Positions 32,618 through 43,763 of a stretch of 64,000 bases of DNA are shown piece by piece. The position numbers were made by a program, and so were the translations under genes. The notes below the pieces were generated by a model. That model saw only the letters and a program-made list of their open reading frames with translations, was not told the DNA's origin and ran no database searches. The stretch spans positions 704,001 to 768,000 of the forward strand of contig CM000434.1 of NCBI GenBank assembly GCA_000165345.1. Direction: 5' to 3'. Within the stretch, counting starts at the first letter, position 1, and the number at the start of each line of letters is the position of its first letter.

Positions 32618-33123
32618 GTTATTATTTTTTCATTAATATAAGGTAAAGGGGAAAAAAGTAATAGGGAGGGGTGGAGAGGGGAGGGGTTTGGGTAGGGAGG
32701 ATAAAATAAAATTTTGATAAATGTGAAAAAAACTTAAGTGGGAAGGGTGGAAAAGGAGTTAAAAGAAAAATATTGATTTGCAATTAATAGTTTAAATCTT
32801 AATTTGAATATTGGGAACATATAGGAAGTGCTCACGTTGCAATCCTTTAGATACGGATTGAGGGTGAGGCATCGATCCACGCCTTAGTGAGAGAGGTAGT
32901 ATAAAAGGTATTAAAAGGAGGTAATATTGGGCTTATTTTTCAGCTTTAGCATTGAGATTTATCGTATTAAGGGAATCTGAAGAGTGTCAAGACGAGAAAA
33001 GGAGAGAAGTTACTGAGAGTAACAAATTGCATGCAAAAGTGTGTGGTTACGGAGAGAGAAAGACTGGATTTAGATTATATAGAATAGAGCCAGAGGCAGA
33101 TAGAGACTATAGAATAACAAGAT

Positions 33124-35610
33124 ATGGAGACTGAAAATAAAGTTGAGGTGATTGACTTTGAGATTGGTGAGAAAGGAAAGGATAATGCAGATACAAAAGA
33201 AATGGAACAACTTCTGGCCCTGGACGACTTTAAAAAGGTGATTGGACTATTAGAAAGAGCAAAGGAATCAAGCCTAAGGAGGTTGGATAGGACTTTATTA
33301 CTAATAGAAGAAAATTTTGAGCAAGTGAGTAAAAGGTTCGATCAAGACGATCTATCATGCCTGGATTATCGCATGTGTGATGTGGATCTTCCTGAAATGG
33401 AGGTTGATCCAACTGAAGAAGAAATTAACAATACTGTGAATTGTTTTTTGAGCAAATTAGTAGAAACAGGAAAGATCCAGCTTAGGCAGCTAAAGAGAGA
33501 GCTGAGCGAAGTGAAGGAAGTCACGGAAAGTATCCTAGTTTCAGAGGTAAATGAAGAAGAGAATAAACAAATCTTTGAAAGCCCTAAACCAAAAAAGGTC
33601 AAGGATGAAAGCGGGTTTGTAGCGAGTATGAAACGTCTCTGGGAAAACAAGACCCCAAAGCTTTCCTCAATTTGGAGGAGGAATGAAGAGAGTAAGAACC
33701 TGATTGTTAATAAACTTGGAGTGTCCAGATTGGATAAGTTGGATATTGTGGACGGCTTTTTGTTTAAAGACGATGATACAGAAAAGAAGGATGGAGTCAG
33801 TTTGGATATAGAAATGGAAAGTATTGTGGAAGCTGAAGCTGATGTTGAGGTTGATCCTGAGACTGAATTTGGGGTTGAGACAGAAATTGAAGGAACTGGT
33901 GAGGCAGAGGCAGATATGGAGCAAAATATAGAAACAGAAACGGAAGTGATGACATCTGCCAGAAATAATACATCCTTCAAGTCGATTTCTAACGAGGACG
34001 TAATTTCTCCAAAACCTCCAAACGCCATTTTGTCTATGGGAGGATCATCTCCACTTCAGAGCCCACCTTTGTTAGTTCTCACTCCTTCTACTCCCATCCC
34101 GATTGTTCCAACTACAATATCTCACCAGGCTCAAGGAGGAGAAGCAAGGAACTCCATCGCAAAGGTTCAAGTAGGGGAAACCTCTGCAGGGACAGAAATT
34201 CTAAGGACTTCAGTAGTTATCGGTTCGGGTGAGATCGAAAGCCATACAATAGAAGGAAAAGAAAGAGTCTCAAAGTCTACGACAAATGCTAACGAGGATT
34301 CCCCTCTACCTCCAAGGCCAATCAGAAGACAAACAAGTGAGAAGATGCAGGAAAAAGGAGAAAATAGGGTTGAGGAAGTTGAGGGAGGAGAGCAGACTCC
34401 AATTCTAAAGGGAGGATTGGAGGGAACTCCCATAGATAAAAATAGAGAAGAGGTGGGAGAAAATGATTTTGTTCGACCAGAGAGAATTAGCCATGTAAAA
34501 AAAAGTGGATTGAGGTCCATTCTCCACCACTCTGCCAATAGGATTCCTTTGGAACAGACGATGTCTTCCTCTGGGCTTGGAACAGGAGCCGGAGGAGGAG
34601 CTGGAGCAACTGCAGGAGCTGGAGAAAACAATAATACTGCTAATAGAGGAAGTATAAATACTGTCAGACAAAGTAGAGGATCTACAGCTGCTAATAACTT
34701 GGTGAAAACTCCAATCAACAAGGGATTCTGCGAAATGGAAACAGAAGGGAAGGACAAACTTAGAATTGGAGAAAGCCCATGTAGAAGGTACCATAAACGC
34801 CTGAAACTACTTCCTCCTGTAAATCCAGATGAATGTTATGTGCTAACAGACAGTGAAGATGAACAACAGAACTGTGGAGTAGGAGGAAATGGAGGTGGAG
34901 AACTTAAGATTACTAAAGCTCAAAAGAAAATACCACTCTGGGCAAGAAGCATGAATTGGATCCCAAAAATGAAGGAACAAAGAAATGTAGATCCATTCAG
35001 TATCTTTGGAGACTCTTGTATGTTCATGGACCTCGAGGATGTATTCCAAAGACCTTGGTATATCTCCACCATCGCTAGAGATAACAGAATCAAGTCGTGG
35101 CAAAATGATCGGCTCACCTCTCTCAACTGGAGTGAAGACTCTCTTACTTCTGACGAACTCAGACAATACAAGATGAGAATGAACCTCTATATTGATAAAT
35201 CCAATGAAGTCTATGTCACAGAACCTTGCTTCACTCCTTCCCCAAATCCTCTTGCCAATGGCGCATGGAACCATATAAACAAACAAAGAATCAACAGTGG
35301 AGGCACCACAGTCATTCGAAAAGCTCTAAATCTATCCATCCATAGACTTAACAATAGCATCTCCAATAAACCCAACTCCTCCATTCCTTCCTCTCATCTA
35401 GCTCCCCCATCCTCTTCAGTCTCATCTTCCAAACTTGGCGAAGCTACCTTAAACCATCTACAAACAGACAAAAATTCCTCCATTTCCAATATTGAAAACA
35501 ATAATATCGCAAACTTCCTCTCCAAACCAATTAATTCATCCAAAGACTGCCCCAATGTCGCACATCAACACAGCAATCACATTATTGGTAATTCATCCTT
35601 CCTTCAGTAA
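33124..35610 (+). CDS. INCENP-like chromosomal passenger protein with a C-terminal IN-box
   Basis: IPLWARSMNWIPKMKEQRNVDPFSIFGDSCMFMDLEDVFQRP...RLTSLNW (about nt 34930-35170) fits the IN-box pattern P.WA..........DP..IFG......LE..F plus a TSxxW motif. Upstream is acidic ETE repeats and coiled-coil. Confidence 0.65.
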   Translation: METENKVEVIDFEIGEKGKDNADTKEMEQLLALDDFKKVIGLLERAKESSLRRLDRTLLLIEENFEQVSKRFDQDDLSCLDYRMCDVDLPEMEVDPTEEEINNTVNCFLSKLVETGKIQLRQLKRELSEVKEVTESILVSEVNEEENKQIFESPKPKKVKDESGFVASMKRLWENKTPKLSSIWRRNEESKNLIVNKLGVSRLDKLDIVDGFLFKDDDTEKKDGVSLDIEMESIVEAEADVEVDPETEFGVETEIEGTGEAEADMEQNIETETEVMTSARNNTSFKSISNEDVISPKPPNAILSMGGSSPLQSPPLLVLTPSTPIPIVPTTISHQAQGGEARNSIAKVQVGETSAGTEILRTSVVIGSGEIESHTIEGKERVSKSTTNANEDSPLPPRPIRRQTSEKMQEKGENRVEEVEGGEQTPILKGGLEGTPIDKNREEVGENDFVRPERISHVKKSGLRSILHHSANRIPLEQTMSSSGLGTGAGGGAGATAGAGENNNTANRGSINTVRQSRGSTAANNLVKTPINKGFCEMETEGKDKLRIGESPCRRYHKRLKLLPPVNPDECYVLTDSEDEQQNCGVGGNGGGELKITKAQKKIPLWARSMNWIPKMKEQRNVDPFSIFGDSCMFMDLEDVFQRPWYISTIARDNRIKSWQNDRLTSLNWSEDSLTSDELRQYKMRMNLYIDKSNEVYVTEPCFTPSPNPLANGAWNHINKQRINSGGTTVIRKALNLSIHRLNNSISNKPNSSIPSSHLAPPSSSVSSSKLGEATLNHLQTDKNSSISNIENNNIANFLSKPINSSKDCPNVAHQHSNHIIGNSSFLQ

Positions 35611-35629
35611 TTTGTGCATCACGTGAGGG

Positions 35630-35643
35630 TTCCCGCGCGCGCC
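35630..35643. promoter_or_regulatory. E2F-like TTCCCGCGCGCGCC
   Basis: Seen directly, just 3' of the INCENP stop. A second site TTTTGGCGGTAAAA at 36018-36031 lies about 320 bp upstream of the Sel1 gene. Confidence 0.35.
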
Positions 35644-36346
35644 TCCATCTGCATTTTACTCTAAGTTGGAATATTTCTAGTGCTTCTAAAAGTTAATTAA
35701 GGATTAATAAGTTGAATATCTTTCAAATAATTGTTTATATATATACGTATGTATGTATATGCTTATTTATTTATATTTCTCAGAAATTTCTGACTGTTGT
35801 ATTCCCTATTCTTCAATATTAGTTTCCTTATCATCAATTCTCCCTTACCAATACTGCCAATCCCTTATAAATTTGATTCTTGAATCTTTTCAAATCTTTA
35901 AACAACTTTCCTTTTGGCTTTGGAGTCAATCCTTCCCTCCCCCCATCTACCCACTCACCAATTCTTTCGTTCACCCCTCCCCCTCTTCTCTATTCTGAGA
36001 TTGGAAGGTTTCGCATGTTTTGGCGGTAAAATGTGAGTCAGAATTATTAGGTAAAGGATTATCCCACTAAAGTATAAATACATCAAATACGCTTCAAATC
36101 TCAACTAAGCAAGTAAAAAGGAGTGAATATACCTTAGGATTACTGCTCTATAAAAATAGGCAGGAAGGGAAATTAAGCAAGAAACACGGCTTTATAGCCT
36201 TGTTAAAGTACATCAGCTAAAAATAGAATGAATCTAGGGAGGAGCAAAAGTAGAGGCTTGGCTTAGGAATCATTTTGATGTGATGTTAACTAAGTGTTAT
36301 AGGAAGAAAACTTTAACCCACAAAAAGAAGAAGAAAAATTCTTGTA

Positions 36347-38824
36347 ATGATTAAAGAAAGAATGAAAATACAAGCCATGTTTTTCTTAAATATCATCAAA
36401 ATTATATTTATTATACATTTTTTCACTTTAATACACGGTACCGAATTCAAATTAGATCATGATCAAGAATTTGACCAATTTGAAAAGTTATATAGAGAAA
36501 AAAAATATGAGAAGCTATATAGAGAATTAAAAGAATGTGAATTTAAAGACTCAAGATGCGCACAAATATTGGGAGAAATGTATTTCATAGGATTGCATGT
36601 CGATCAAGATATTGTTACAGCAATATCATACTGGAAATTATCTTCAGATTATGGAAATTCTGAAGGTCAATTTTGCATGGGTATGGTTTACACGCTTTTT
36701 CCGTTCTTGGACTCACTTGAGTGCATCACTAATAGTCATGTTGGCGCCAAACACCCAAAAATTACATTGGACAATTTTCTAGAAAATGGTAGTCCGATAC
36801 CATGTGATTTTTATCCATATTCAAAAGATGACGCTCCAAAATTCTTAAAAAAGTATAAGTCTCTAATAATTAATCACTCTTTTAATGATCAAGATTACGA
36901 AAAGGATGCAAATGTTATAGAAAAAGTGTCAAAATCTATACAGCTTTCAAATCTATATTTATATTTTTCTTCACTCTCTGGTCATACTGGAGCACAGTTA
37001 GCCTTAGGATTTAGATATGAGCATGGACTTGGAGTACCTAGATCATGTGAAGCTGCAATATCTAACTACATTGAGACAGCAAAAACTTCAGTTTCATTTA
37101 AAAAACAAGGATTTTCAGAAAAAGAACAACTAATACGCCTTTCAATTCCGGACTGGGAGCCAATGAAAAAGCTTTTTAATCCAACAGAAAATAGGAATCG
37201 TGAAGATCTAGCTATAAATTTGGCAGAATCTGGAAGTATTACAATCCAACTAGCCTTAGCTAAAAGATATCTATTAGGAGTAGATGGATTTAAACAAGAC
37301 GCTACTAAAGCTTATAAATATCTAAGAAAAATTGCTGATAAAGCTAAATCAATGGTTGGAGTTGTATTAGATATTCCTTCTACACTTATTTATGGCGAAG
37401 CTATTGGGTTACTTGGTTACATGCATGCATTAGGTATCGGTACCTCTCCAGATCTAAAAACTGCATCTGAATATTTTTCAATTTCAGCCTTTATATATAA
37501 CGATCCAGGAGGCCATAATGGTATGGGATATGTTTATTTTCATGGATGTGAAGGATTTGAGAGAAATTTTAGATTAGCTTTTCACCACTTTAATGAAAGT
37601 GCTTTTCATTTATTTGCTGATGCACAATATAATTTAGCGTCTCTTTATCTTACCGGTATGGGTACCCCTCAATCATATTCAGATGCAATTTCTTGGTATA
37701 CAAGAGCTTATGAGCAGGGACATCTTCCATCTGCATATGCACTTTCACAGTTAAATTTGAATGGGCTTGGTATAAATAGAGATTGTAATACAGCTTTGGG
37801 ATTTCTTAGAGAAATTATACAAAGATCAAATTGGACAAATAATTTGATTTCAATTACCAATAAATTTTCAAGATCCAAAAGTAAAGATGAAAAGAATCAA
37901 ATGATTCTCAGTACAATGAAACTTGCAATTACAGGATATGCACCATCTATATCTAACTTAGCCTCTTTATTAGATCAAGATCTTAGAAATAATAAACATC
38001 TTGAATGGGTATCGTCCATAATTGGAATCCCTCTTCCAGATTTTTCATTTAAGCCAAATAGAGTTGAGTACTGGTTTAAGTTATTATCAGCCAAAGTTAT
38101 CCCAAAAATCCTTTTAAAGTTTTTTCCTGATCTTGAAAATATTAATTTAGATACTTATAATATAGGTAACGAAAATAATGAAAAAGGTATCGAAAATATT
38201 AATAAATGGTATTTACCACAAATGTTTTTAGAATTTTCAATATATAATGAGAATGTTGATTCAATTATAAGATATGGAGATTACTCATACTATGGAAAAG
38301 GAGTCGAACTTAGATATAAACTTTCTCCAAAGCTTTTAGAGAATTCTTCTAATTCTAGCTGGATTAGACCTTTAGAGCTCGAAATTGTTTCTATGGAATC
38401 TCCAAATTATTTGGCAGCATTCGATCTTTATAAGATTGTCTCAAATAGCATAATAACTTCTAGATGGATGATTTCTCCTATTTCAGAAGCCTCCTTTAAT
38501 TTAGCATTTATGGCTCAATTCGGAATAGGAATTGTGCAAGATCTTCATTTTGCAGAAAAGTATTATAAAAAGATGGTTGAAACTGGGAGTATCAATAGAA
38601 TAAGCAATGGTATTGGAGATCTTCTTATCTATTTTACGCAAATCCATAGAAGTCTTAATAAAACTATTAATTCTTTAAATAAGATTTCATATCAGGACCT
38701 AAAGGCCAATGGGAATTTCTTCCTCATTCTCAAATTAGGCCACCTCTTACTTTTCCTATTGATTCTCAAACTACTCGTCTATATTTATACTAAATGGACA
38801 AAAACTAGAGGAGATTCTTCTTAA
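36347..38824 (+). CDS. Sel1-repeat protein, Hrd3/SEL1L-like (ERAD adaptor), with signal peptide and C-terminal TM
   Basis: Multiple Sel1 repeats (AQILGEMYFIGLHVDQD, AQLALGFRYEHGLGVPRSCEAA, GHNGMGYVYFHGCEGFERNFRLAFHHF, AQYNLASLYLTGMGTPQSYSDA, SAYALSQLNLNGLGINRD). N-terminal hydrophobic signal. C-terminal FFLILKLGHLLLFLLILKLLVYIY transmembrane segment. Confidence 0.7.
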   Translation: MIKERMKIQAMFFLNIIKIIFIIHFFTLIHGTEFKLDHDQEFDQFEKLYREKKYEKLYRELKECEFKDSRCAQILGEMYFIGLHVDQDIVTAISYWKLSSDYGNSEGQFCMGMVYTLFPFLDSLECITNSHVGAKHPKITLDNFLENGSPIPCDFYPYSKDDAPKFLKKYKSLIINHSFNDQDYEKDANVIEKVSKSIQLSNLYLYFSSLSGHTGAQLALGFRYEHGLGVPRSCEAAISNYIETAKTSVSFKKQGFSEKEQLIRLSIPDWEPMKKLFNPTENRNREDLAINLAESGSITIQLALAKRYLLGVDGFKQDATKAYKYLRKIADKAKSMVGVVLDIPSTLIYGEAIGLLGYMHALGIGTSPDLKTASEYFSISAFIYNDPGGHNGMGYVYFHGCEGFERNFRLAFHHFNESAFHLFADAQYNLASLYLTGMGTPQSYSDAISWYTRAYEQGHLPSAYALSQLNLNGLGINRDCNTALGFLREIIQRSNWTNNLISITNKFSRSKSKDEKNQMILSTMKLAITGYAPSISNLASLLDQDLRNNKHLEWVSSIIGIPLPDFSFKPNRVEYWFKLLSAKVIPKILLKFFPDLENINLDTYNIGNENNEKGIENINKWYLPQMFLEFSIYNENVDSIIRYGDYSYYGKGVELRYKLSPKLLENSSNSSWIRPLELEIVSMESPNYLAAFDLYKIVSNSIITSRWMISPISEASFNLAFMAQFGIGIVQDLHFAEKYYKKMVETGSINRISNGIGDLLIYFTQIHRSLNKTINSLNKISYQDLKANGNFFLILKLGHLLLFLLILKLLVYIYTKWTKTRGDSS

Positions 38825-38917
38825 ATCCTAATGATATTGAAATAATATAATTTTTTATTTTCCTTTATATATTTTCTCCTATTTAATTAATCTTTTTAAC
38901 ATTATTCGCCTATGCAT

Positions 38918-38930
38918 GTTTTGCGCGCCA
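38918..38930. promoter_or_regulatory. E2F-like TTTTGCGCGCCAG about 350 bp upstream of RPS15
   Basis: Seen directly. Confidence 0.4.
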
Positions 38931-39278
38931 GTTTGCCGGTGTTTAATTTAAAAGGTAACGTGTCTCGTAATTATATAAAATATTATTAAAAAATTTTATT
39001 CAATATTATTTAATAATATATGTGAAATGTTAATAAATAAAAAAAAATTTAATCAGACCAAAAGGCGGCAACTTCTAATGGCAATTAGAAATTTCTGTCT
39101 ACAATTTTAAATTGTCAAAAATTAATGAATTAAATATTAAATTGCTGATCATCTTATTTAAATTATTAAAATTATATTCCGCGTAAATAATTAATAAAAG
39201 AATAATTCATCCAAGTTCCCATTGAAACTAAGTAAGAAGTCTTGTTTTAAAAGATAAACTTCAACTCGAGAAAAAAAA

Positions 39279-39716
39279 ATGGCAGATACTGAACAAAAGA
39301 AGAGAACCTTCAGAACTTATAGTTACAGAGGTGTTGACCTCGACAAGCTCCTTACCATGAAATTGGATGAGGTTGTTGAGCTTTTACCAGCACGTAAAAG
39401 ACGTAAGATAGCCAGAGGTTGTCTTAACAGAAGAACTGCAGCTTTTATCGCAAAGCTCCGCAAATCTAAGGCTGAATGTCCAATGGGAGAGAAACCTGTT
39501 GCTGTTCGTACCCATTTACGTAATATGGTTATCCTCCCAGAAATGGTTGGTTCTGTTGCAGGTGTCTACAATGGTAAGACTTATGTTACTGTTGAAATTA
39601 AGCCAGAAATGATTGGAATGTACCTTGGAGAGTTCTCTATCACTTACAAGCCAGTACGTCATGGTAAGCCAGGTGTTGGTTCAACCAGTTCTTCCAGATT
39701 CATTCCTCTAAAGTAA
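39279..39716 (+). CDS. RPS15: 40S ribosomal protein S15 (uS19)
   Basis: 145 aa, near-complete identity pattern to eukaryotic S15 ([17 protein letters not shown]....PEMVGS..GVYNGKT...[34 protein letters not shown]). Confidence 0.95.
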   Translation: MADTEQKKRTFRTYSYRGVDLDKLLTMKLDEVVELLPARKRRKIARGCLNRRTAAFIAKLRKSKAECPMGEKPVAVRTHLRNMVILPEMVGSVAGVYNGKTYVTVEIKPEMIGMYLGEFSITYKPVRHGKPGVGSTSSSRFIPLK

Positions 39717-40833
39717 AAGGTTATTTTAAGTTACCACCATTATTTATAAGAAAATATTTGGTGCGTATTATTGATTGGCCCTACCATATTCTATTTACAG
39801 AAAAGTTTGTTAACTTTGGAAATATAATAACATGGTCTCTTCTTAAGGGAAATAATCCAGTACTTTCTTTTTTTTCATGTGCTCGGTATGTTCTGAAATC
39901 TAAGGTTGAGAGGATATTGAAGGAGGGGGTCCTCATTTTTTGTATTATTATTCCTTAGAAAAATGGCTCGACCTGCAATTGAAGTAAACAATGAAGAATA
40001 GAAGAAGATGGAATTTGGCATGTAGCTTATTATGAGAGCTTTACAATCATTAACACTGATTTTGTTGAGTATTTGGTACCTTTTCTTAAAATTTGGACTA
40101 TTCCAAAATATTTAACTATAACTCACATTTCAAATCTTATTCTAAAACCTTTATTGATTATATACAATACATCATTATTGTATCGTTTCATGCTCTAAAT
40201 TCCATTAAAGTTGAATAAAACTAACAGCCGCCCCTCCAGTCTTGAAACTATTGGTAATAGATGTATAAATATATATGTATGAGAGACTTCAGCTTCACCA
40301 TTGTTTGGTCTTGGACAAGACAGCCTAAATAATTGATGAACAAAACGATATTGAACTGTCAATTTCTCCTTGAAGTATGCCGCTACACTGACTTTGTCTG
40401 ATTATCAAGTCAATTCCGCATGATTATACCTCCCTAGTGTATATTATGTTGGTGTAGTATGGTCATGTTTATGATGATTATGATGTGGGTCTCTGAATAC
40501 TGATTGTTTACTATTCTAATAAGGTGAAAAGTTTTGATGAATATTGATAAAAACCATTGACTAGCTTTTTTTCAAGAGAGGCTATATATCGATATTTTAT
40601 TCATTTTAGTTCACTTTCTTTTTAGATAGAGGAGGATCTTTATAATTTTTCAGAGTTTTTACTCTTTTCTTTATTTCCTTTCCCACTGCATTTTATATTT
40701 ACCTTTTAAATAATCGATATCAATTCTAATGCATTATGCCTTTGCCTTTCTATGTGACCACTTTTTCCCCACCCGCTAATTTTCTCTTTTGATGCATTTC
40801 TTTTCTTCCCATCAACATAATTTTTCACAAATA

Positions 40834-40888
40834 TGGCGCCTAAATGCGAGACGACAATGACCCGGTACTGAAACTTTATGGCGCCATT
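40834..40888. promoter_or_regulatory. Two E2F-like sites (ATGGCGCCTAAA, TATGGCGCCATT) 190-240 bp upstream of RPL4
   Basis: Seen directly. Confidence 0.45.
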
Positions 40889-41072
40889 CTAAAATATTAA
40901 TTTTTATTTGTAAATAGATTTTAATTATATTTAATTATTATAATATAATTAACTATTTACAAAAAGAGTCATTTAAAGAAAATTTTTTTTGCCTTAAAAG
41001 AAAATTTACTTCTTTTAAAATAACAAATTTTTGAAATTTTGGGACTTTTGTAATTTTAAAGTATTTCCAGAA

Positions 41073-43310
41073 ATGACTTTTGCAAGACCAATTGTTAGTG
41101 TTTTTCCATCAAACGACTCTACAAAGGCTACTTCCAGTATTCCTTTGCCAACAGTCTTTGTTTCTCCATTAAGACATGATCTTGTTCGTTATGTTTTCAC
41201 CAATATGTCAAAGAACAAGAGACAAGCTTATGGTGTTTCCACTAAAGCAGGTAAGTTCTTGAAGATTCAACAGAGGAAATGTAAATGATTTGGTCATTCG
41301 TGATGAAAGCTATTGATAGGGACATCTGAATTTTCCATGATGTTCTGAAGAAATATTCATTATTTCTAAGATAGTAGATTCTGATCATTATGTATATAAT
41401 ACGCCACTTTTACATTTCAACTATATTAATATTATCCAATTGTCTTGAACATCGATTAATTTCTATATTCCACTTTTAGGCCACCAACATTCTGCTGAGT
41501 CATGGGGTACAGGTAGAGCTGTTGCTCGTATTCCTCGTGTTTCTGCTTCTGGTACTAGCAGATCAGGTAAGTTAATGGTAAAACTCATGTTAATAAATGG
41601 CTTGCTCAGTTGATTGGTTAATCTATTTAACTGGGATTAAATAGTATTATTTTCCAAGTGGTGCCATTCTTTTTTTATGGATATAAAGAGAATAACCGGG
41701 ATGAGAAAATTTGATGATCAATAAATATGGAGAGCTTTTTGGTAGACAAATGATGTTAATAAGTCGTGCACCACACTGAATATTTTATGTGGATAAAACG
41801 ATTCTTTGCTGCCTGTTTTAGAGAAAAAGGAGAAATCTTTTGTATCTATAACAGGTAGTCTGACTAACCAATAACTTTCCAGTGATGGTGGATCGTCAAT
41901 GAAACTAGCAGTGTTCATTTTAACATGAGATATCACTTGATTCTAAATCAACTTTATTTTTTCAACTTTTCAATTATAGGCCAGGGTGCTTTCGGTAACA
42001 TGTGTCGTGGTGGTCATATGTTCAGTCCAAACAAGACTTACAGAAGATTCCACAGAAAGATCAATACCACTGAAAAGAGACATGCAGTTGCAGCAGCCAT
42101 TGCAGCTACCGGTTGCCCATCTTTGGTAATGGCTCGTGGACATCGTATCAATAATGTACCAGAATTACCTTTGGTTATATCCAATGAAATCCAAAACATC
42201 AACAAGACTAGTACTGCTGTTGAATTCTTCAAGAATTTCGGTAAGTTTTGAGATTGTATTTGGCCAAAAGATATTTAAGATGATGAGGTACTATGACAAG
42301 CAAGTTTTGTATCTCTTGCTTTTTATTATATGAATGGGAATTTGGTAGTGGTCTGTATTTGATGGATTCCTGTTTCTATATTTGCATTTTTTGGGATGAT
42401 TTTGGAAGTTACCCAGCTCATACTGAAATATGTAACTGTTGAGAATGCTTCCTTTATTTTATATCTGAAATTATGCAGGTAAATTTCTCTGCCTTCTTAA
42501 CTCGTAAGAAAGTGAGAAATAGAAACATTCATATATATTTGTTACTTTATCATCTTTATGATCATGATCATTCCATTTGTCAATAATATTGGCCAAATAT
42601 ATTTATTATATAACCATTAGTAACAATTTTTAACTTAATATCTTTTTAATTCAATAGGTCTCGAAGAAGAAATGAAGCGTATTGAATCTTCAATAGCTAT
42701 TAGATGTGGTAAGGGTAAGATGAGGAATAGAAGAAGAGTCTGCGCTGTAGGACCATTAGTTGTTTATGCTGAAGATAATGGTATTGTTAAGGCCATGAGA
42801 AATATCAAGGGTGTCGATACATGCTCTGTTGAACGTCTTAATCTCTTGAGACTTGCTCCAGGAGGTACATTTGGTCGTCTTACAATCTTCACAAAGGGTG
42901 CCATTAAGAGACTCCAAGAGATCTATGGTAGCTATACTCATGGCTCATCTTCAAAGGTTGGATACACATTGCCACGTCCAGCAATGACTAACGCTGATAT
43001 TACCCGTATCATCAACTCCACTGAAGTTCAATCTGTATTAAGACCATTACGTGGATTCAGATGCATGGGTAGTATGGGTAGATCCAAGACTAAGAAGAAT
43101 AACTTGACAAATCTCACAAAGAGAGCATGCTTGAACCCAGCATACACCAGCCTCAGAAAGAGCGCAAGATTAGCCCAAATCCCAGGTACTAGACTCCATG
43201 CAATTAAACAACGCCAAAAGGCAGCAAACCGTGCACTCAAGAAGTCAATCAAACAGAAATCTGAGACAGCTCTTGCTGCTAAGGCCTTATCTGGTCATAA
43301 CCAAAATTAA
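41073..43310 (+). CDS. RPL4: 60S ribosomal protein L4 (uL4), four exons: 41073-41250, 41480-41566, 41980-42240, 42658-43310
   Basis: Spliced product [11 protein letters not shown]...[53 protein letters not shown]...[33 protein letters not shown]... matches L4 throughout. All three introns begin GTAAGT and end TTTTAG/TTATAG/CAATAG. Each exon is phase 1. 392 aa. Confidence 0.9.
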
Positions 43311-43763
43311 ATCTGTCTTGAATATGTTTCTTTTTAGACCATAGTAATGGAGATGACGATTTTGAAGGGGTTACAACTCTTCGTTACACAAGTAGATTTT
43401 CTTTTTGTATTAGACTTTTGATAACTGATACTTATTAAATATTTACGATTTGTTTTATTTGTATTAATACTTTAGTAATAAGATGTATATCGTACTCAAG
43501 GAATAAAGACTTGGGATTACGGTCTAGTAATGATTATGATGATAATTATAAAATTAAGATTACTCTCAATCACCAAATTTACTTAAGTCATAAGGTTTAT
43601 TCATGATATACTTTCAATTGTGATATTTACTCTAGGATTTGCCTTTATCAGTCTTTTTCCCAATTGTTCAGTTAATTCTGTTAATTCTTTGATATAGTTT
43701 TGTCTGAAAATATATTTTAAAGATTAAGCTATAGTCATAAGTTAGAAATCAGATTACTCCAAC

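Noticed and set aside
32952-33134. 60-aa ORF immediately upstream of and overlapping the INCENP start
   Set aside because: Short, overlaps the start of a much better supported gene, no conserved features. Most likely 5'UTR.
33366-35286. Several minus-strand ORFs (33366-34028, 34167-34757, 34405-34794, 34843-35286) overlapping the INCENP-like gene
   Set aside because: They are antisense to a long plus-strand ORF with a recognisable IN-box and have low-complexity S/L/F-rich translations typical of antisense GA/GAA-rich coding sequence.
36735-36750. TGTTGGCGCCAAACACC E2F-like match
   Set aside because: Lies inside the Sel1-repeat CDS (encodes HVGAKHP), so likely coincidental. Not counted as a regulatory site.
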